Positions 18,444 through 26,267 of a stretch of DNA of 34,014 bases are shown here, one piece after another. The number at the start of each line of letters is the position of its first letter. The stretch's first letter is position 1. The notes beneath the pieces were generated by a model. The model was not told where the DNA came from. It ran no database searches and saw nothing but the letters and a program-made list of their open reading frames with translations. The stretch is from a virus (taxonomy: Duplodnaviria; Caudoviricetes), in IMG/VR virus record IMGVR_UViG_3300012665_000267, positions 1 through 34,014 of that record. One strand, given 5' to 3'. The position numbers were made by a program, and so were the translations under genes.

Positions 18444-20444
18444 TTACTTTTGAGCGTTTTTCTGCATCTGTAGCTCTACAATCTTGCCTTTGTTCTCAAT
18501 ATCTTTCTCTTTGAGCATCAAATCAGCAATCTTGGCACGTTGTTCAAACTGTTGCTGTGCGTTATCACCTTCGATATTGGTAGACAATGAGCTAATAACC
18601 TTCGCTTTAAGCTCTTCAGGCAGTAATTGGGTCTCAACCACTGTCTTTTGTGCTTCAGCTTGGTCTCGTTGCGCTCTAGCTTGCAGTGATGCAGTAGTTG
18701 CTTGAGACTGTTCCATCTGCATCTGAGCAGCCATCTGAGCTTGTTGCTGTTGCTCAGGGTTAGGCTGAGACATTTGGGTAAGAGCTTGCTCCATTTCAGC
18801 ACGATTAGACAGGCTGGAGTTAGCGATAATACCTTTGAGGATAATCGGCAACACTGGTGTATCAGGTCCAAGAGTCTGTAACAAACCAATAAGCTGTTGC
18901 TGTTCGTATTCACGAGCCATAATACCCAAAGTAGCGGTAGGAATGAACTTCATGTCTACAGAAGGATAACGCTCAGGGTCAAACTGCATATATCGGAAAG
19001 CAACCTTCTTAATTAACGGAACCATGAAGTCTTCTTGGAAGTTGGTTAAGGTACGCTTGTACTTCTTAATGATTCCAGATACAGCCATTGACATACCAGC
19101 GCCAGAAGAATCACGAGAAGCCTGTGAAACCATGCCTTGACTGTCTAAAGTACCAGTTGCCATCAACAACATACGCTCAAATTCTTTTGCTGTCGCAGCA
19201 GATTCAGGGCTAGTTGTGCCAAAGTGGAAAGGCATCATAATCTCGGCAGGGTTGCCATTAGTGAGGATAGCTTTTCCGGGTTTAACTTCAAACTTAGCAC
19301 CACGAGGTAAACGAGTAGCATCCATAGCAATCATTGGAGCTGTAGTCAAAGCTAAGCTGTCTAGGTGGCTACGAAGCTGTGCGTCAATAGCCTTTTGCAT
19401 ATTGTATGCTTTTTCGACTGTACCACGACCCCAAAAGCGATTAGGAACTGTGTCATCCTGATAAGCGATAACAGGGCGGTCTTTCATCATGTAAGGGTTG
19501 CGTTCAGCTTTGAGGAGTAGTCCATCATTAGCAATGACCACAATAGCCTCTACAAGACCACTGTAGGTGTCTGCAGTACTATCTTCAGGGAACAGGTCAA
19601 CTACCTCTTCTCCGTCGTTCTCAAGCTGGTCTAGGTACTCGCTAGGGACTAATCCGTAGTATGTTAGTAACTTAACCTTGTCATCTTGATATTGAACTAC
19701 TTCTTGGGTTACTTCTAAGTCGTCATCGTTGCCAGTAGGTCCGATGTCTACCTTACGATAGATACCCTTTTCCATACCTTCAACAACTTTGTGAATAGAC
19801 ACAAACTTCTCAATAGCACAACCCATTGCATCTTCAATAGAAGTAGCGTTAGGGTCAATCAAGAAGTTCTTAGGGTTTACTGGGTTAATCTTAACGCAGA
19901 AGTATTCCTTCTCAGTAACTCCATAAGCTGCTTGCTGTGAACCCGGAATAGGTTGAGTAGTTGGGACATACTCGGTTTCGGTCTTAACCATAATCTCACC
20001 GATACCTGTACCATAAATCTCAGCTAGTAATTCAATCTGGTCAACAGACTTACGAATCTTGTTATTAGTTAAGTCTTCCATCAACAATGCTCGCATTGCT
20101 TGGACATCCATCGGATTACCGTTGTAGTCCTTGATGTCGTCTTTAATGTCAAAGAACTCACCATTACCGAAGATTGCTTCCATAATCTCAGCGTGGCGAG
20201 TTTCTACTGCTTGCTGAGTTGCTGGACTGATTAGGCGACTACGCTCTGAATCACGAGTTCTGTCTTCAGAAGCCCAAACACCTCGGAAGATACGCTCGTA
20301 TTCTTTCCAGTCTTCTAAATAGTTCTCATCACGACTGTCTCTCCAGCGGTCACAATGTTGTACAACGAAAGCTGCTAACTCTTTGTCAGCCTCAGAGGGT
20401 TCTTCCCACTTAGTGCCTTCGTTCATGTCCATATTCTCAGCCAT
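18444..20444 (-). CDS. Portal protein
   Basis: 666 aa with YGTGI, NFLIDPNA, FWGRG and a Q-rich C-terminal barrel. Position also fits. Confidence 0.9.
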   Translation of the reverse strand: MAENMDMNEGTKWEEPSEADKELAAFVVQHCDRWRDSRDENYLEDWKEYERIFRGVWASEDRTRDSERSRLISPATQQAVETRHAEIMEAIFGNGEFFDIKDDIKDYNGNPMDVQAMRALLMEDLTNNKIRKSVDQIELLAEIYGTGIGEIMVKTETEYVPTTQPIPGSQQAAYGVTEKEYFCVKINPVNPKNFLIDPNATSIEDAMGCAIEKFVSIHKVVEGMEKGIYRKVDIGPTGNDDDLEVTQEVVQYQDDKVKLLTYYGLVPSEYLDQLENDGEEVVDLFPEDSTADTYSGLVEAIVVIANDGLLLKAERNPYMMKDRPVIAYQDDTVPNRFWGRGTVEKAYNMQKAIDAQLRSHLDSLALTTAPMIAMDATRLPRGAKFEVKPGKAILTNGNPAEIMMPFHFGTTSPESAATAKEFERMLLMATGTLDSQGMVSQASRDSSGAGMSMAVSGIIKKYKRTLTNFQEDFMVPLIKKVAFRYMQFDPERYPSVDMKFIPTATLGIMAREYEQQQLIGLLQTLGPDTPVLPIILKGIIANSSLSNRAEMEQALTQMSQPNPEQQQQAQMAAQMQMEQSQATTASLQARAQRDQAEAQKTVVETQLLPEELKAKVISSLSTNIEGDNAQQQFEQRAKIADLMLKEKDIENKGKIVELQMQKNAQK

Positions 20445-20452
20445 TTTATTCC

Positions 20453-21301
20453 TTAAATTGAAGTACCGAAGGGGTCGGTATACATGGGGTTGACTACTTT
20501 GTCTTCAGCTTTGGTTGCTTTCTTTAATGCTTCCATAGCAGAATTAAAATAACTCTTTGTTTTAGCTTCGTCTTTAAAAGTCTTTTTAAATATTTCTAGT
20601 TTATCAAAAAAGTTCTGTTGTAGTTCTGGGTTTTGTTCTAAAGCCTTAGCTTGTAAAGGCAAAGTTGTTTGCATCCAGTAACGCTTTAATTCAGGGGTAT
20701 TGAATACTTGTTGACCAAGAGGTGTATCAAGTAAAGATTTACCACGAGGAAGTTGTGATTCTAAACTTTGTAAATCAGCAAATCTTTCTTCCCAAGATTG
20801 AGGTTTACCACCATATCCATATGCTCCAACATTGCGTGGTGTTTGCTTCCACTCTTCAAGCGAAGTTACATATTTATTAAAATTATCTTCTAGTTGGTTA
20901 CGAAGAGTATCTCCTTCTTTTCCTCGTGCCTGTCTTTGTAATGCTTGAGCAATTGTGTCTTTTTTAGAATCTGTAGCTACTTGGCTCTCAGCTATTCCTT
21001 TTTGAACGTGAGCAGCTTCGTGTGCATAGACTTGAGAAGCGTCATCTAAATAAGGGGCGCTAAGATTTACAACACTTGGATTGTTCCAAGGGTCTACATA
21101 ACCTAATGCTCCTCCTGCCCTATCATCAGTAGCTCGGTTATATGCACGAAGCCCTGTTACACCTTGAGAATAGGCAGGGTTGCTTAAATTACTCTGTGGG
21201 TTGTAAGAACGTCTCAAGTCGTCTAACATCCACTCAGGGAGTTGGTCTAACTGTTTTTCATCTTTTATAATCGGAGGAAGATTAAATAATCCATTTGCCA
21301 T
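20453..21301 (-). CDS. Putative zincin-like metallopeptidase (HEXXH) between terL and portal
   Basis: YAHEAAH followed by a downstream EERFA motif. Confidence 0.6.
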   Translation of the reverse strand: MANGLFNLPPIIKDEKQLDQLPEWMLDDLRRSYNPQSNLSNPAYSQGVTGLRAYNRATDDRAGGALGYVDPWNNPSVVNLSAPYLDDASQVYAHEAAHVQKGIAESQVATDSKKDTIAQALQRQARGKEGDTLRNQLEDNFNKYVTSLEEWKQTPRNVGAYGYGGKPQSWEERFADLQSLESQLPRGKSLLDTPLGQQVFNTPELKRYWMQTTLPLQAKALEQNPELQQNFFDKLEIFKKTFKDEAKTKSYFNSAMEALKKATKAEDKVVNPMYTDPFGTSI

Positions 21302-21302
21302 A

Positions 21303-22556
21303 TCAATATCCTGAAATTACGTCTAAAGTTTCCCACTCATCGCCACCATCATCAGCATCGAAGTTGGGACGAACTAATTGTTCTATGTACGCTAGAGCAT
21401 CGACAGTATCATCGTGAACACCTTGAGTTGGGAACATTAAGAGTTCATCAACAAACAAGTCAAAGTCACCTTCATCGTTCAAGACAATCCTACCATGCTC
21501 AAAGTTACCCTGTAGCGCCCAAGTAACCCTATCAACCTTTTTCTTATTGCCGTGCGTTAATTCTTCAATGTGAGCGTAACAGTTCATTCTACGCATCGCA
21601 TCCATCAAAGGATTCATAATCGCTTGTTTAGCAATACCACGCTCAATACCTACTGCCAGCGGCTGATACTCTTGTATGTTCTTGAGTATTCTAAGCGCAG
21701 TGTCTTCAGTTGACCAACGACCACATTCAATTTTATCCACATACCATACATTCTGATTATCAACTTTCACACACGCTATAGCTGTTTTGTCTAAGCGTTT
21801 ATTTGTTTGTTTTTTACCTAGTTCTTCAAAACCAGCGCAGTCTACTGCGATATACCATGAACCATCTTTAGGTTCTTCACCAAACTTAATCCACTCTTCT
21901 TTAAACAAACCAGAACCAGCATTGTTAAAGGAAGACAAATATTCTTGGTTAAACGCAAAAGAACTTAATGTCCTCTTCGCTGCTTCAATCTCTTTAGGGT
22001 CAATCGTCTCGTTATCTGCAGTGGTAAAGTGCCAAGACTTCCAATCCTCATCGCTACCGCCTTGTCCTAGCTGATACCACTCATAGAAGTGGTTACGACC
22101 AGAAGGGGTAGAAATAAACATTGCTCTACCTTTTTTATCTGACAACGCTGCACGAAGCACTCGTTCCCAAATCTCTGCTTTAATAAACGCAACCTCGTCC
22201 ATTACTAAATACGACAAAGACACACCACGCAAAGAGTCTTGGTTATCAGCACCTCTAATGAGGATTTTCCTACCATTAACCAAAGTAATCTCTAAGTTGT
22301 TAATGTGAGCAGACTTGATAACAGGTCTACCTAAATCCATTAACAGGTCCCACATAATCGTTCTAGCTTGTCCTAGCGTTGGTGCAACATACATCACACT
22401 AGAACCTTCAGGACAATTCAAACCTTCAATCAATAGCGTTACTGCAGATAATCTGGACTTACCACAACGACGACCAGCAGCAATAACTTTAAAACGAGTA
22501 CTGTCTTTAAATACTTGTTGTTGCCAATTCAGAAGAGCGAAGTTTAGTTCACTCAT
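21303..22556 (-). CDS. terL: Terminase large subunit
   Basis: Walker A AGRRCGKS, Walker B LVMDE, ISTP coupling motif, RNase H-like nuclease with HDD.VDAL. Confidence 0.96.
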   Translation of the reverse strand: MSELNFALLNWQQQVFKDSTRFKVIAAGRRCGKSRLSAVTLLIEGLNCPEGSSVMYVAPTLGQARTIMWDLLMDLGRPVIKSAHINNLEITLVNGRKILIRGADNQDSLRGVSLSYLVMDEVAFIKAEIWERVLRAALSDKKGRAMFISTPSGRNHFYEWYQLGQGGSDEDWKSWHFTTADNETIDPKEIEAAKRTLSSFAFNQEYLSSFNNAGSGLFKEEWIKFGEEPKDGSWYIAVDCAGFEELGKKQTNKRLDKTAIACVKVDNQNVWYVDKIECGRWSTEDTALRILKNIQEYQPLAVGIERGIAKQAIMNPLMDAMRRMNCYAHIEELTHGNKKKVDRVTWALQGNFEHGRIVLNDEGDFDLFVDELLMFPTQGVHDDTVDALAYIEQLVRPNFDADDGGDEWETLDVISGY

Positions 22557-23013
22557 CTAAATCTCTAATAATTACATCAGTGACATCATTATCTATTACT
22601 TCAGTAGTTTCAATCGTTGGATTGATACCAGTAATATTAATACTAATCTGAGGAGTACCACCACCTGTTTTAGCCTCAAAAGCAGACAGAGGCAGTAATC
22701 GTTCTCCACAGAACTTTAACATTGCACCCTGTGCTGGATGACCGTCAGCAAGTGCTGTTTCAATAATCTTGGTAATAACACTATCACCTGCGGTAGCTAA
22801 TAATCTAGCTTTAAATTCTGCAAGTCTAGCACCATCGCCACTGCCGGGAGGTCTCCCAATTAAACCGGGTTTCTTCTTTTTCTCAATGTCTGACTTCTTC
22901 GGACGACCTAGCTTCGGTTTACCGTTGACAACCTCTCTACGCTTAATCTTTGGTCTTTGCTTTTTTTCAGCAACGACAACCACTTCGTTAGGAGACAAAT
23001 CATCATTACTCAA
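22549..23013 (-). CDS. terS: Terminase small subunit (putative)
   Basis: Immediately upstream of and overlapping terL. Basic GRP motifs, C-terminal ISINITG strand, TTG start with AAGGA RBS. Confidence 0.75.
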   Translation of the reverse strand: MSNDDLSPNEVVVVAEKKQRPKIKRREVVNGKPKLGRPKKSDIEKKKKPGLIGRPPGSGDGARLAEFKARLLATAGDSVITKIIETALADGHPAQGAMLKFCGERLLPLSAFEAKTGGGTPQISINITGINPTIETTEVIDNDVTDVIIRDLDE

Positions 23014-23042
23014 AGTCTTTTATCCTTATAGGAAGACACATT

Positions 23043-23224
23043 AAAAAATTGAACTACCACTAATACTATAGAGTGCTATCGGGTTCACAGGGATTAAGAA
23101 GTTCGCTATCAGCTAGGAGGGGACTGACTATTGTCTTTAGTCCCCATTCTACAGTGCGCTATAACTTGTCGTCCCGAAGGGGACTGTCCCGATTCCTTTA
23201 TAGTGTGCGTTGCTGTTCACTTGT
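23043..23224 (-). ncRNA. Candidate structured RNA/leader upstream of terS
   Basis: ORF-free region with several complementary stems, starting below a strong promoter and ending at a T6 tract. Confidence 0.35.
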
Positions 23225-23230
23225 AAGGCG

Positions 23231-23259
23231 ATTCTAGCATACTTTTACGATTCTGTCAA
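23231..23259 (-). promoter_or_regulatory. Main late promoter
   Basis: TTGACA-17 nt-TAGAAT with extended TG and spacer TAAAAGTATG. Confidence 0.85.
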
Positions 23260-23530
23260 GAACTATTTTTATAACAGCGTTTAAAGCATCTAGGATAGGG
23301 TTGTCTTAGTCGCCTACGGCAGCGCAGACAGCGGGGCTACCTTAGCTTCATTGGTCTCCGCTAACCTCCTGTGGAGTGAGCATATTGTAACATTATTGAA
23401 CTACCTTTATTTTCTCTAATAATATCATAGACTTAGGGACTAATCTTCATTATTCTTTTTTGTATACTTTAGAGGCTCCAACAACATTAACAGCGAAGCA
23501 ACACCCCCTCCCCCCTATGTCATTCTACGA

Positions 23531-23846
23531 TGTTGTTTCTATACCACAGTGTTGTATCTACGCAACATAACAGTTTATGATAGTGAGTGCTTACTTACAT
23601 AACTTATAGTTATATAGACTGTGTTGTTTCTATACAACAATGCGTGTATGGCGGTGATGCACCATTACAGGGCAACATAGTTAGTAGCCACTAACATGAT
23701 AGACCTACCTAGACCAGTGTTGTATTTGTACCACATTAGGGTTTGTCCTAATAGACAAAACTGTAACTTATCCGTTATACAGTAGGTAAGACAGACAAAG
23801 TAATAGTGTTGTTTATTTGCAACTAAGGGTTTGTCATAATAGACAA
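23531..23846. repeat. Array of palindromic operator-like motifs
   Basis: Five TGTTG-N8-C(A/C)AC(A/T), two GT(G/T)AGT-N4-ACT(T/A)AC and two AGGGTTTGTC(C/A)TAATAGACAA. Confidence 0.8.
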
Positions 23847-23868
23847 TAGGTTGAAAAACTCATAAACT
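23840..23868 (+). promoter_or_regulatory. Early promoter
   Basis: TAGACA-17 nt-TAAACT upstream of the first early ORF. Confidence 0.6.
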
Positions 23869-23917
23869 AGTATCAAGTAGTAAACATTAACCAGTAGATA
23901 AGAAAGGCAACACAATC

Positions 23918-24058
23918 ATGACCCAATCACAATTTGCAGCACTATGTACCGCACGCACAATAGACCCGTCAATAGCCCTTGAAAATGATGATGTAATTCA
24001 GGCTATCAAGTTAGGCGATATTGAATTGCTCACCAGTATTTTAGACAATCAGTTTTAA
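23918..24058 (+). CDS. Early hypothetical protein (46 aa), not in ORF track
   Basis: MTQSQFAALCTARTIDPSIALENDDVIQAIKLGDIELLTSILDNQF, with an AAAGG RBS. Confidence 0.7.
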   Translation: MTQSQFAALCTARTIDPSIALENDDVIQAIKLGDIELLTSILDNQF

Positions 24059-24074
24059 TTGAAAGGGAATAATA

Positions 24075-24272
24075 ATGGCAAACTTAGCACAATTCAAAAA
24101 AGACTTAAAAGGTTGTTCAAAGGTATTTGGCTATGTCAAATATAGCGATGATGACGGCACAGAGTTTGAAATGAAAAAGACTGATGTAATGTTTGTATTC
24201 AAAGACTATCCTGAAGATACCCACGTTAATTATAGGGTTGATGTAGTTCACAATACAATTTATATTAACTAA
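24075..24272 (+). CDS. Early hypothetical protein
   Basis: 65 aa, AAGGGA RBS. Confidence 0.75.
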   Translation: MANLAQFKKDLKGCSKVFGYVKYSDDDGTEFEMKKTDVMFVFKDYPEDTHVNYRVDVVHNTIYIN

Positions 24273-24286
24273 CAGAAAGGCACAAA

Positions 24287-24472
24287 ATGATTAACTACTC
24301 ACAATCACAGAAAAGTATTGTTCTATACCAATTCACAGAAAAAACTACATGGGGTGAATTTGGTGATGAATTTATGTTTTGCACTTATGGTACGCTAGAT
24401 GCGCCTGAATTGATTCCTAGTGGTTCATGTCGCAATGGTTTTAATGATTGTTTTTATAGAGAGTATTGCTAA
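24287..24472 (+). CDS. Early hypothetical protein
   Basis: 61 aa, AAAGG RBS. Confidence 0.65.
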   Translation: MINYSQSQKSIVLYQFTEKTTWGEFGDEFMFCTYGTLDAPELIPSGSCRNGFNDCFYREYC

Positions 24473-24521
24473 ACAGTAGTAAACTTAAACGGCAATATCC
24501 TAAACTTTGGAGGTCTTAAAA

Positions 24522-24746
24522 ATGTATGTAAAACCTATCGCGTCAAATATGACTGAATTAGTGCTAAACGATGGCACTCAAGTCTTATTCAGTTATCAAA
24601 CACCCGTAGCATGTTGGGTTAATGGTCAATTCTACAAAACCGCTAAAAAGTGGTCAAACACTACTACGCGCCACGTCAATAAATGGGCGCATTGTGCAAT
24701 CAATCAACCACAAGAATATTTTGATAACTTAGTTAAGGGGGTTTAG
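24522..24746 (+). CDS. Early hypothetical protein (LFSY.TPVA...S.TT.RH.N.W type)
   Basis: A GGAGGT RBS before ATG 24522 favours this start over 24507. Confidence 0.8.
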   Translation: MYVKPIASNMTELVLNDGTQVLFSYQTPVACWVNGQFYKTAKKWSNTTTRHVNKWAHCAINQPQEYFDNLVKGV

Positions 24747-24748
24747 TC

Positions 24749-25075
24749 ATGAAACAGACTGTAAACTTTAGCACTTTTCAAACCGCGTTTGAATCTATTA
24801 GACCTGATAATTTTACTTATGAGGGTTTGACCGCGCTATTTAATTGGATAGAACAACAGGAGCAAGATACCGGCGAAGAGCAAGAATTAGACGTAATCGC
24901 CTTATGTTGCGATTTCACAGAATCAACCTATGAAGAGATTGTGAAAGATTATAATTTATCGGATGAAGAATTTTCTATTCCTGATGAAATGCCACAGGCG
25001 GTAATTGACCATCTAAACGATGAAACAATGATTGTCGGGTATAACGATAAAACAGTTATTTATTTAAACTTTTAA
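24749..25075 (+). CDS. Very acidic early protein
   Basis: 108 aa, 24 D/E versus 4 K/R by hand count. Confidence 0.8.
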   Translation: MKQTVNFSTFQTAFESIRPDNFTYEGLTALFNWIEQQEQDTGEEQELDVIALCCDFTESTYEEIVKDYNLSDEEFSIPDEMPQAVIDHLNDETMIVGYNDKTVIYLNF

Positions 25076-25085
25076 GGGGTAAATC

Positions 25086-25175
25086 ATGCTTAAATTCTTA
25101 CAGGGTTGCTTTGTAGGGTTGTTATGTTTCACAATTCCGCTTTTAATTTATGTCTATAAGACAGGAGGGTTCTAA
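25086..25175 (+). CDS. 29-aa single-TM peptide, not in ORF track
   Basis: MLKFLQGCFVGLLCFTIPLLIYVYKTGGF, with an AAGGGG RBS. Fills the intergenic gap exactly. Confidence 0.6.
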   Translation: MLKFLQGCFVGLLCFTIPLLIYVYKTGGF

Positions 25176-25176
25176 C

Positions 25177-25383
25177 ATGACATTAGACCAAATAAAACAG
25201 GCTATCGCGCGAGGTGATAGCGTTCATTGGGTAAACAGTGCATATGATGTAATACGCGACAAACTGGGGCAATACTTGATTTGTTGCAACCATAACGAAT
25301 CGTGCATTGGTTTAACTTGGCGCGATGGTGTAACACTTAACGGCTCAGAAGATGAGTTTTATTTAGGATATAAAGGGGAATAA
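25177..25383 (+). CDS. Early hypothetical protein
   Basis: AGGAGG RBS before ATG 25177. Confidence 0.75.
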   Translation: MTLDQIKQAIARGDSVHWVNSAYDVIRDKLGQYLICCNHNESCIGLTWRDGVTLNGSEDEFYLGYKGE

Positions 25384-25384
25384 C

Positions 25385-25678
25385 ATGAAAGTAATTATTG
25401 AGATTGATTTGCCCGAGGGTCAATCTATACCTGACCCGCGCGACATTGTGCGCCTTACTAGCCCTGACTGGCATTGTGATTGGTGGTCTATTGATGATGT
25501 CTCAGAATTTTATGCGGGCGACGGTGAATACATTACTTTCACCGAGGAAGAATCGCGGGAGGTGTTGGAGTTAATTGCGCGATGTAATAGCCCTGAAATT
25601 GGAATCTCTTGGGACTCTATAAATGTGTGGCAGTCCGAAATATATGACAAATACTATGAAAGGGTAGAAAATGACTGA
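25385..25678 (+). CDS. Acidic early hypothetical protein
   Basis: 97 aa, AAGGGG RBS. Confidence 0.75.
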   Translation: MKVIIEIDLPEGQSIPDPRDIVRLTSPDWHCDWWSIDDVSEFYAGDGEYITFTEEESREVLELIARCNSPEIGISWDSINVWQSEIYDKYYERVEND

Positions 25679-25826
25679 AAATAGGCGATTTTTACTTGAT
25701 GATATTAAGGCAATGTTGCCACAATCAAAGCAAGAATTTGCATGGCTTATCTTGCTAAGTGATGAAGGGCTTTATAACTTATGGCGGGACTTAGTAAACC
25801 TCACCACTAAAGAGGCTCTAGCATGA
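25671..25826 (+). CDS. Hypothetical protein (51 aa), not in ORF track
   Basis: MTENRRFLLDDIKAMLPQSKQEFAWLILLSDEGLYNLWRDLVNLTTKEALA. Overlaps both neighbours. Confidence 0.6.
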   Translation: MTENRRFLLDDIKAMLPQSKQEFAWLILLSDEGLYNLWRDLVNLTTKEALA

Positions 25827-25972
25827 CATTGGAGGAAATAGCGGCAGAATTAGGTATCACACATCAGTCAGTATGGCAAATTCAAAACAAGGCAATACTG
25901 AAGATACGCAATGCTTTACAAAAACACAATATAACTTATGAGGAATTTGCACTATGTTTAAAACATTCTTAA
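25823..25972 (+). CDS. Stand-alone sigma70 region-4-like HTH protein (49 aa), not in ORF track
   Basis: MTLEEIAAELGITHQSVWQIQNKAILKIR matches the sigma 4.2 pattern TLEE.....G.T...V.QI..KA..K.R. GAGG RBS and ATGA coupling. Confidence 0.8.
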   Translation: MTLEEIAAELGITHQSVWQIQNKAILKIRNALQKHNITYEEFALCLKHS

Positions 25973-26106
25973 TTGCAGTCGCTTTATTTGTATCAGTTGG
26001 CAATGCTATGGCTTGCCCTAGTCAAATCGTGGTTTTACCTGATGGTAGGATGATGGTTTGTTATTATTGCAACAATGGTAAATTAGTCAATTGTGAGAAC
26101 CTATGA
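25954..26106 (+). CDS. Secreted 4-Cys mini-protein (50 aa), not in ORF track
   Basis: Signal peptide MFKTFLIAVALFVSVGNAMA, then CPSQIVVLPDGRMMVCYYCNNGKLVNCENL. GAGGA RBS. Confidence 0.7.
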   Translation: MFKTFLIAVALFVSVGNAMACPSQIVVLPDGRMMVCYYCNNGKLVNCENL

Positions 26107-26201
26107 AAAACCCTTATACCCTATTTTACTGGCTTTGTGGCTTAACAGTCTATACTCAACTAATTCATTGGCTTTTAAGCTGGATTAAAGCCTCTTTATA
26201 G
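26103..26201 (+). CDS. 32-aa hydrophobic peptide, not in ORF track
   Basis: MKNPYTLFYWLCGLTVYTQLIHWLLSWIKASL, with ATGA coupling. Confidence 0.45.
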   Translation: MKNPYTLFYWLCGLTVYTQLIHWLLSWIKASL

Positions 26202-26267
26202 CCGACTTATGATAAAGTTGATACCTACCTATTACCAATGCCCTAAAACGGCTTAGAAAGGCTTTAA

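Noticed and set aside
23095-23120. CUGAUAG...CGAAC resembling a hammerhead ribozyme core
   Set aside because: Does not match CUGAnGA/GAAA, and the three required stems were not found.
23043-23400. tRNA in the GC-richer intergenic region
   Set aside because: No cloverleaf with T-loop GTTCRA and acceptor stem could be built.
23531-23846. Possible mini-CRISPR array
   Set aside because: Repeats are short, degenerate in the middle and irregularly spaced, and there are no cas genes; operator-like sites fit better.
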